Shown one piece after another: positions 50,984 through 60,490 of a stretch of 64,000 nucleotides of DNA (its first letter is position 1; each line of letters starts with the position of its first letter). Source of the stretch: Azolla caroliniana (Eukaryota; Plantae; Polypodiophyta). The notes below the pieces were generated by a model. It was not told where the DNA came from and did no database searches. It saw nothing but the letters and a program-made list of their open reading frames with translations. A program made the translations under genes and the position numbers. The stretch covers positions 4,464,001 through 4,528,000 of the forward strand of contig JBHGNT010000017.1 of assembly GCA_043228905.1 (NCBI GenBank). The letters run 5' to 3'.

Positions 50984-53118
50984 CTAAAAATCCCCTCGGG
51001 TTTCGCCGACGAGGGTTTTGCGGTTACGCTCATGGTTTGGTCGCACCGTTAAGAACTGGACCGAGTGACGCCCGTCCTGGCTCTTGACTCTTGCATAGGC
51101 TGAACTGTTGTCCAGCACCTTGGTCTCCATCCGTGCCGCCGTGATATACAGTTCTCCTAGTATAACCAGATGCGAGGACGTCTCTTGTACGAAGAAGTGC
51201 TGGTCGATCTCGACATCGCTGATCTTCACCCGTACGTTCGGACAGGCCCCATGTAGTTCTTCCGTGGCGCGCGTCGCTGCCCGTATCTACCAGCCATGCT
51301 TGGTGTTGATCGGCCATTTACCCTTCTTGTAGAAATCCATGGACATCAGGTTGATTTCAGATCCATGGTCTACCAACGCCACCACTAGTTCCAGAACGTT
51401 GCCGATCCGTACAAGGGTTTCCGTAGTTGCCCTGGCCCAATGCGGCTTCGTGTAGTGGCTTCCCGCCAGCTCGTCTTCTAGCGCTTCGTCTTCCAGGTGC
51501 GTGGTCCGCACATCCACCGATTTCTCCGGCTCTGGCTCCGTTGAGAGCCTCTTCCGCTTCACCAAGTTTACGATAGAGTCGTGGAACTCCCTCTTGGCGA
51601 TTCCAAGCACCTCCCGCAATGACAGCTCCACTTTGTTGTCGAGGATACGTTCCTCTAGGACCTTTCGCAGGTTTGTGGTCCTTTCGATCTCGGTGCTCAA
51701 CTGAAACCCCGCCTGCTTCTTTCCGTCCTGCGTGCCTGGGTTGCCGGCACCGGCCGGTTTTAGTCCGAACCGGGTCTCATACCTCTGCGGGGGGCCAACC
51801 CCTCTAGCCTTTCCTGCCCGTTTGTCCTCCACCAGAACCTCGTAGTTCTGGCAAGCGGCTTCTACGAAGCCCGTTTTCTCTTCGACCGGATCGTCCCAAC
51901 CGGTGACCTCCATGACCCGATGTTCCGCGCGGTCCGCCTCTTCCTTCTTCAGCCGAACTCCGGAGAGACCTTCTAGCACCAGCGGCCAGAATCCGGAGTC
52001 CTTCACCTTCCGGGTCTCATCACCCCCGACCCGAATTCCCGCCGACATTGAGTAGTTAACGGCTTCGACGTGCCGTGCCGCGGCCTCTTCCATCAACCTC
52101 TTCATTCCGCCGCGCCCCGTATTCAGTTCTAGGGCTCTCCGGGTCTCGCTCGTGTGCACCCGCCCGTTCCAGAGGTACACCACGTTGGTCCTGAGCGCGT
52201 CGGCGAAATCCGCACAATCCTTCCGAATGTGACCAATCGCGTCACACCACATGCACCGCTGCCCAGTTGGTGGCCTCCGGTCGCGAGGTTGTTCGCCGCT
52301 GTCTCTCCAGGCCTGTGCGATCTGCAGGTCGCACACCATCTGTGTCAGCTCCTCTAGAGCCGCTCCTCCAGATGGACCTCTGACCACGTCGTTCGATGCC
52401 GACCCCGACTCTTGCCAGATTCGGGTCTCTTCCTTCCTACCGGCCGGCACCGATAGCAGCTCCTCGAGCCTCCTCCCCGGGACCGGCCTCAACCCCGACG
52501 AGCTTCCGTCGCTCCAATCGCGCCATTTGTCGAAACGGCTGCAAACCCATTTTACCATGGCCCAGTCTGTTGTGAGCCCTTCGTCCATTTCCAATAGGGG
52601 ACCCACCTTTTCCTTGTCGAGCGTGTCCACCGACTTGACAAACAGCAGTACTCGACTTGTTTCGAGCACCGTCCGGTCCAACGTCGACAGCCGCGCGAAC
52701 CTTTTTCGAACTCCTTGAGGAGCACCGACGTGTTCCTCCCCTTTCTGGGGCTTTCCACCCACGCCATGAAGTACCGCCTCGACAGCCGAAGCGAATCGTC
52801 AAACCCATACTTCTCGAGGAGCTGCAACTCGAACTCCTCCCAAGTCTGGCATCCGGCCAGCACCTCGAGCACCTCCGCGTGGATGCTCGGCGTCACCACC
52901 CGAGGGAATCCGGACAGCCACCTATCCACCGGGATATCCCTCATGATCATTTCGGCCCGGTAAGCCTCCAAATAACTTGTGGCGTCTTTCCCTCCGAAAC
53001 GGCCTATAGAGCCGACGATCGATTCAATGGCTCTGCCGAGGGTACCCGTCCCTTCACGAGCGCTCACCAACCGGTCGACGGCCACCGCCATTGCCTCTGC
53101 TAGCTCCGATCCCCTCAT
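50984..53118 (-). pseudogene. Element E gag-protease ORF (disrupted)
   Basis: ORFs 52552-53118, 51287-52762 and 50984-51229; CMWCDAIGHIRKDC knuckle; ALVDHGSEINLM protease; VILG flap motif. Confidence 0.88.
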
Positions 53119-53837
53119 CTTTCGACTCCTTTGCCGCCCCGTTCACGCCGGGTTCACCAAATATGTCGCGTTGTTACACGTGTGTGTGTATGAAAGGGGG
53201 CCGGACCACGGGGGTCTTGAACCGAGGAGCGAGAGAGAGAGACAAAGAGAGAGATTTGTAGATACGCGAAAGGAGAAGGAGGGATACAGAATGTAACACT
53301 TGATTTCAATAACAAGAGATTACAATGAGAAGAGAATACAACTCTGACGATTACAACCGACAAGGTGGCGATGGACCCGACACGAGGATCCTATCACACA
53401 CACAGACAACACTCGCTCGACTCCTAGAAACAAAACAAAAGGGTGGGGGGGGGGGGGGAGCCTCTGCTGGAAGCGCACGGGCTGTCCACGAAGCAGAGGC
53501 AGCGAACTCCCGACCCACAAAGACCGACGACCGGAGGAGAAGACAGAGCTCGACACTCAGATCTGCAGCAGCACTTCGTCCTCCCTAGTGCCCGATGCCC
53601 TCTCCCCTCTCTCCTCTCCTTTTTATACCCCCATCCTCCTGTCAATTCGCTTTATTCCCTGTCCCTCCTGACAGAGATACGCACAATCCCCTAATAAATG
53701 TGTGCTACTTAGTATTTACATCCACCGATCCATTTATGAATCGTGTACAAAATATCAAGTCACGCGTCCATCCGTGTAAGAGTCGGTTCATGCGCTTTTC
53801 TCTCTGATTCCGCCTATGGCCAGTTTTCTTCACGACA

Positions 53838-54878
53838 ACGTGTGAAAGTTGCCAGATACACTCAAACATACGCCATAGGGACGAGTTGCACCCAACCTAC
53901 CTACTCACCATACACTTCAAATGGATGGTGGATTTGGTTTCAATGCCAATGGGGGTGGACCAAATGAAATATTTTGTGCTAGCAAGAGAAGACCTAACTA
54001 ACCAGGTAGAAGGGCGAGCCTTAACAAACGAAACGACGACGGGGGTGTGTAAATTCTTACTCGAAGATGTCATCTGCCAGTATGGATGTGTGGGAAAGAT
54101 AGTGGCTGACATAGGAGAGTTGAACGCTCATGAAGCCACAGAGCTCTTTGAATGACTTGGAGTGAAACTCTCTCTGACGACCGCTTATAACCCAGAGGCT
54201 AATGCCAAGATAGAACGTGGACACAGGCCTCTCGTCAAAGCCATTGTAAGAGTTTGCGATGGGCAAGTCGGGAAATGGCCTCGGTTACTACCTAATGCCT
54301 TGTGGGCCGACAGAATAACTCACAACTCAGTTACAGGTTTCATGCCAACTGAACTCATGTACGGACAAAAGCCGGTGATGCGCATTGAAGACACGATCGC
54401 ATCATGGGTAGCGATGTCGTGGCAAAACAAGATGAGTTGAGAAGAGCTTCTAGCAACAAGGATAAGGCAACTCGAGAGAAGACCTGAAGACTTGGAGTTG
54501 GCGAAGGAGAGGTTAGAAGCGGCTAAGTTACATAACAAAGCCCGATTCGACAAGACACACCGACAACGCCCTCAAAAGATCGAAGAAGGGGACTACGTGA
54601 TTGTGTATGATAGCAGTCTCGACAATCAACATAGCTCAATGCGGAAATTCACAAAGCGATGGTTCAGGTTGTACGTGGTAACGAGTGCAAACGATAATGG
54701 CACCTACCACCTCGCTGAACTTGATGAGACCAAGCTAGCAGTACCAATAACAGGGAAGCGGGTCAAAATCTTCAAAAAGCGGCACGATAGTAAGCCAAAC
54801 CTAGATGACCCTAACAAAGATGAAGACAAGCAAACGACGAGCCGCGGGGTCAAAGAGGAGGAAGAAATGGACTATTGA
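53838..54878 (+). pseudogene. Element A integrase remnant
   Basis: Continues the frame interrupted at 46783; WMVDLV, TTAYNPEANAKIERGH and DNGTYHLAEL motifs, with stops. Confidence 0.9.
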
Positions 54879-54938
54879 CTACCTTCAACACGCCATTCTT
54901 GGCACATACTGGAAGATGTGCGGTTTGGTGGGAGTGGA

Positions 54939-56403
54939 TGTCGTGATGTGGCGTGCTTAAGTGTGGGAAAAACCGGCGAAAGGGGATCAAAATGTACATG
55001 TGCAATGTGTGTGCACACAAAGTAAATTAATTGTGCACATGTAAAAGAAAAAGAAAAAGGAAGAGTGCAAAGGAGGTATAGGAACTCGTGTAAAAAGTAA
55101 GAGAGAAGAGAGAGGAAAAGTAGAGAGGAGACAGGCTATGATTTTATAGATATAGACTTATATATTATATAAGGTAGAGTTAACGGACTAGTGGATAGTC
55201 ATATTGACTCCTAGTTAAAGGTGCATGACCGTTCAAGTCTGGTCTTACAATGCCATGTGATTTAAGGAATTTTATTCCGTTTGCATTAAAGACAAAATTG
55301 GCAACCCCCCCTCCTTTTTTTCCTATAAAAGGAGGTCGATCGAGGCTCATTTGGGAGGACGTTTTGGGAGGAGGATACTATTTTCATTTTTCCTTCGGAG
55401 CTCTTCATCTTCTTCTTCACCATTTCTCTTTATCTCATACCCCGTCATACCCACATCGCCACGTGCTTGTTTACGGTGTTCGTGAGCCCGAATTTCGTTG
55501 GTTCGAAGTTGCTTCACCCCCGTTCATCGTTCGGGTGGTTGCGGTTCGTAGGGGCCAGCATTTTTGTGGTGCTCATGTGTTCGTCTTCATCGTGTTCGTG
55601 CTCCATGTTCGGATTTTCTTTTGTCTCTATGGGCATTTAGTATTTATGTTTTGGTGCAAAGGAGGTATAGGAACTCATGTAAAAGGTAAGAGAGAGGAGA
55701 GACGAAAAGTAGAGAGGAGACAGGCTATGATTTTATAGATATAGACTTATATATTATATAAAGGAGACTTAATGGACTAGTGGATAGTCACATTGACTAC
55801 TAGCTAAAGGTGCACGGTTCAAGTTCGGTCTTACAATGTCGCATGATTTAAGGAATTTTATTCCTTTTGCATTGAAGACAAAATTGGCAACCCCCCCTCC
55901 CTTTTTTGGTATAAAAGGAGGTTGATTGGGGCTCATTTGGGAGGACATTTTGGGAGGAGGATACTATCACCAATTTTCCTTCAAAGCTCTTCATCTTCTT
56001 CTTCACCATTTCTCTTTATCACATACCCTTTCATCCCCTCATCGCCATGTGCTCTTCTTCTTCGTGTTGGCACTCGAAGTGCTCGTTTACGGTGCTCGTG
56101 AGCCTGAGTTTCGTTGGTTCGACGTTGCTACGCCCCTGTTCGTCGTTGTGAGCCCGTGTGCTCCCCGTTCGGGTGGTTGCGGTTCATAGGGGCCTGCATT
56201 TTTTTGGTGCTCGTGTGTTCATCTTCGTCGTATTCGTGCTCCGTGTTTGGATTTGCTTTTGTCTCTAAGGGCATTTAGTATTTATGTTTTGTTGAGCTTG
56301 TGGTTAACTAGAAGTTGCCACATTGTAATCAAACCCTATTTTATAAAGGGCCCTCTTGCGTTGGAATCGAACACATATTTATTTCTTTAGCCAATATCAT
56401 TCG

Positions 56404-56475
<72 letters not shown>

Positions 56476-58014
56476 TTCTCGTCCCCTTGTACATTTGGTC
56501 GTCTTGTGACAAGGGAGCGTTTCAGGCGTGCCCATGCACCTCTCTTCCTCATAAAGGCGTACGAGCATTTGTGTGCGTGTTTGTGTCTTCCTTGTACGTT
56601 CGGTCGTCTTGTGACGAGGGAGCATTTCGGGCATGCCCATGCACCACTCCTCCTCATAAAGGCGTACGAGCATTTGTGCATGTCCTTGTGTCTTCCTTGT
56701 ACGTTCGGTCGTCTTGTGACGAGGGAGCGTTTCGGGCGTGCCCATGCACCTCTCCTCCTCATAAAGGCGTACGAGCATTTTGTGTGTTTGTTTGTGTCTT
56801 CCTTCTACGTTCGACCGTCTTGTGACGAGGGAGAGTTTCGGGCGTGCCCATGCACCTCTCCTCCTCATAAAGGCTTATGAGCATTTTGTGTGTGTGTTTG
56901 TGTCTTCCTTGTACATTCGGTTGTCTTGTGACGAGGGAGTGTTTCGGCCGTGCCCATGCACCTCTCCTCCTCATAAAGGTGTACGAACATTTTGTTTGTG
57001 TGTTTGTGTCTTCCTTGTACGTTTGTTCGTCTAGAGACTTCGGCGTTTGTGTCCGAGAACCAACGTGAGACCGGAGAGACGGATGGTGGCAAAAATGAAG
57101 ACAAGGACAAAGATAGTACAGACAATGACGACGACCAAATTTCCTCGACACTCTTTCCAGAAACTTGGGCAATTGCGTCCGAGAACCGATGTAAGACCCA
57201 AGAGACAGGAGGTGATGGCAAAGAACCGAAGGCCGAAACTAATACATACGGCAAAAGACGGAAGCTAGCGGCGAGGAAGCAAAGGTCAATGCTGATTCGC
57301 GCAACGACAGCAAGGAGGCAAAGATCAATGTTGATTCAAGAAACATTAAGATGGAAATGGCTAAGTGCGGCACGAAAAAGGCAAACGACATAAATGTATA
57401 GGTCCCTCCACACTCTTTCCGGAGACTTGGGCTTTAACTGATGTAAGACCCAAGAGAAGGATAGTTTCGGGCGTTTCGGGCGTGCCCATGCACCTCTCCT
57501 CTTCATAAATATGTATGAGCATTTGTGCGTGTGTTTGTGTCTTCCTTGTACGTTCGGTCGACTTGTGACGACGGAGCGTTCAGGCTTGCCCATGCACCTC
57601 TCCTCCTCATAAAGGCATACGAGCATTTGTGTGTGTGTTTTATGTCTTCCTTGTACGTTCGACATCTTGTAACAAGGGAGCGTCCGGGCATGCCCATGCA
57701 CCTCTCCTCCTCATAAAGACGTACGATCATTTGTGTTTGTGTTATCGTCCCCTTGTGTGTTCATATTGGGTGCTCATCGTTGCTTGTACCCATTTGATCA
57801 CTTGGCTCATGCGGTGATCTCGAAAACTCGACAAGTCGAGATCAACGAAAGCCACTGGTCCTACAAAAGGGGCAACGAGCCCTTACTCGGGAAGGGGTCG
57901 GGAAGTAGTATTATCATAAAGCAAACCTCGGGTCTTCTCTATCCCTTCGTACTCCTTAGTCAAAGACTCTCGTGGTCCCGCCCAAATAACACACACGCGC
58001 GAAACTTTGCAACA
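54939..58014 (+). repeat. Element A 3' LTR (about 3.1 kb) with internal duplication, (CT)n at about 56409-56472 and 105-bp arrays at 56480-57028 and 57464-57745
   Basis: Follows the PPT; homologous to 36541-38386; ends with the family U5 motif. Confidence 0.85.
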
Positions 58015-58734
58015 ACATCCTCTCGCACAACATCACCGTGTTGCATTCCTCGACCTCGACGGCTTCCAATCACCATCACCATTTCCCGCACATCGTCCAT
58101 TTGATTTCACGCACATCATCTCCACCATTCTCGCACAATTCGTCATTGCCATGTCTTTGCCACGTGTTATTCTTCAACTTCATCTCCAAAGGGGGGTTGC
58201 CTTAGTGGTCGCCAAAATAGTGTTGTGGGTTTTAGGGTTAGGGTAAATGATGATAATGATAATGATAGGAATAGGGTTAACAATCATGGTAGATTGATAA
58301 TGAAGATGTGTGTTGATGACAGATTGATGACAAATATTACGAGGTGATAGCGAGATTGATAAGCATTGTGGGGTGGGGGATGGTGCCTAGAATGGTTCCA
58401 CCCCCCTCCCAAGGGGTTCAACGTAAGGGGAGAGAGAGAGAGAGAGGACAAGAGAGAGAGAGATTGAGAGAGAACTATTCCTTCTTTTTTCATTCATTCC
58501 CCATACGGGGTTAAATAGTTACAAAAGGGTAGATACACAGGGGTGCAAGCCATCTTGGACATTCACACCAATCACTCACTCACACCTCCTCGTATCCGTC
58601 CACATGCACAGACGTGTGCATGTGTACACCTACGTAATTACTCACATTCACAATTACACTTACACATTTACACATACACATAAACAACATTATAACCTTC
58701 CACCCTTGCTCTCCATACATCTCGTACGGTAACA
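58015..58734 (-). mobile_element. 5' end of an LTR element: 514-bp LTR (58221-58734) and PBS TGGCGACCAC (tRNA-Arg-like, 58205-58214), inserted in a LINE
   Basis: TGTT...AACA termini; interrupts LINE RT exactly after HPSQT; TTTTGGCG PBS spacing typical of Athila/Tat/Ogre-type elements. Confidence 0.7.
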
Positions 58735-60490
58735 CTGTTTGTGACGGATGTATAACTTTAGGCATTATAGTACTAAGTCGTATGTTAATTGCTTTAGCTA
58801 AAATTTTATACATCATATTCAATAATGTAATCGGGCACCATTTCTTGATGTCCAATGAAGGACCTTCTGATTTAGGGATAAGGTAAATTAGTCCTTTTGT
58901 AAAATATGGAGGTATATTACCGTCCCAAAGAATTTGTTGGAATGTTGTACATAAATTTGCTTTGAACAAGTTTCAATATTTAATGAAGAATGTTGGGGTT
59001 AAACCACCCATACAGGGACAACAATTTTTAGGCAAAGCTTGGAGTGCTTCACTCAATTCCCCATAAGTAAGAACGTCTTGGAGCCTGACATTCATATCTT
59101 GTGTTATTCTTGAACTCAATTTATTCCATACAGAAGACCGACTTATTAAATCCTCATCGGAGAAGGAAACAACTGATAATAGGTCAGAATAGTATCGTGT
59201 GGCTATTTCTCTCATCACTTGAGAGCTAGATGAGATAGTTCCATGCTCATGTTGTAGTTGTTTGAGTGAAACCGCATTATGATTTGGTCTCATGGCATGA
59301 AAAAATTCAGATGTGCATTTATCACCCATTTGGGTCCAATTAGCTGCCCTATGATGATATTATTGAAATTTTGCACGTTTTTCTAATAGTATAGCAAGTT
59401 GTTGTCTTGCGGCCCCAACTTTCTCAACAATCCAAGTGCAATGTGGATAACGTTCTTGTAATCGTTGTAGAGAAACAAGAGAAGTGCGTGACCGTTTCTC
59501 CTTTTCTTGTAGCATTGAAAACCTCTCCTTGGATTTATCCCTGAAAATTTCTGAAATACATCGTAAACCATTAGCTACCCGCGAACGGGCCGTGATGCCT
59601 TACTCAAGTTCAAATGTTGTTTACTTAGTACCTTTCTTGTTTTACTCTGAGTGGCCATAGCAAGGTTATTGACTAGTTCGGTCTCTTCTCCACTAGGAGT
59701 AGATTGTTCAGAAACATTACTAATTTGGCACATCTGAACATCATTTTGAGACAAAGAATTACCTACTTCCTGCATGGCATCATAGAGACCTATACTTACG
59801 TGAGCACCCATAGATTCTTTGCATTTATTGGGTATTGACTGTCGTTTTTCAATTGATCTCCATATCTCATCCTTGGCTGGTTGAATACTTTTCCCTTTTC
59901 CATCCTTGGAGGGTTGAACATTTTTCCCTTTCTCAATTCCCTCGACTAGCTGTGAATGTTGACTCTTATCCATGTTACCATTGTTAACATTTGAATGCAC
60001 ATTATTTTTACCATTTTGGGATCTAACTCACTTCTTTTTTTGGGGGCAATCTTTCAGTACATGGCTTTGCTGTTTACAATAAAAACATTGTCCATGCATA
60101 CCTACATACTCCAATTTTTGCATGAATATCATCTTCCTGGTGAGTGATGGTAGCAGTACCTGAGTAAGTAAATTTTCGATTGAGGGAGCTAATATTTGAA
60201 TTGATGGATATCTTGTTAGCTTCGTTTCTAATTCCTCCTCACGAACAGGAAGAACCATGCCAATTCTTGTTGTGATTGATGGGAGTACAACCATGTACTC
60301 CTTAGGGATTCTCGGGAAAACCACGGAAATCGAGGTCAAACGATGGCCCAAATTCAACATTTCGACGGGATCAAAGCCCGGTTTCCACAGCACAAAACAA
60401 GCAATAGCATTTTGAATATTGATCACATTTGCATTCAACGTGGCTACAATAGATTCAGTTGTATCTGTAAAGAATTGATGGTGATTCTTG
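58735..60490 (-). mobile_element. LINE 5' portion: ORF1 with zinc knuckle and ORF2 RT N-terminus (endonuclease not seen)
   Basis: CFYCKQQSHVLKDCP in 60028-60438; GDKCTSEFFH in 58973-59329; LIPK...PITLLN..YKILAK...IHPSQT in 58735-58969. Confidence 0.87.

Larger units (their letters stand above)
46784..53837 (-). mobile_element. Element E: full-length Ty3/gypsy with fungal (Ylt1-like) Pol, 7.05 kb, several frameshifts
   Basis: LTRs 46784-47456 and 53164-53837. Trp PBS at 53142-53159; PPT at 47457-47473. Perfect 4-bp TSD ACGT restores the host integrase frame FVETCESCQ. Domain order gag, CCHC, protease, RT, RH, INT. Confidence 0.96.
36541..58014 (+). mobile_element. Element A: large Ty3/gypsy (TGTCG family) with long repeat-bearing LTRs, hosting nested relatives
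   Basis: LTR starts TGTCGTGATGTGGC at 36541 and again at 54939 (after the PPT), ending TGCAACA at 58014. TSD ACGT (36537-36540) and ACAT (58015-58018). Pol remnants at 45806-46783 and 53838-54878. Confidence 0.8.

Noticed and set aside
53210-53224. B-box-like GGTTCAAGACC in U5 of element E (minus strand)
   Set aside because: No upstream A box or D arm; part of the family U5 motif.
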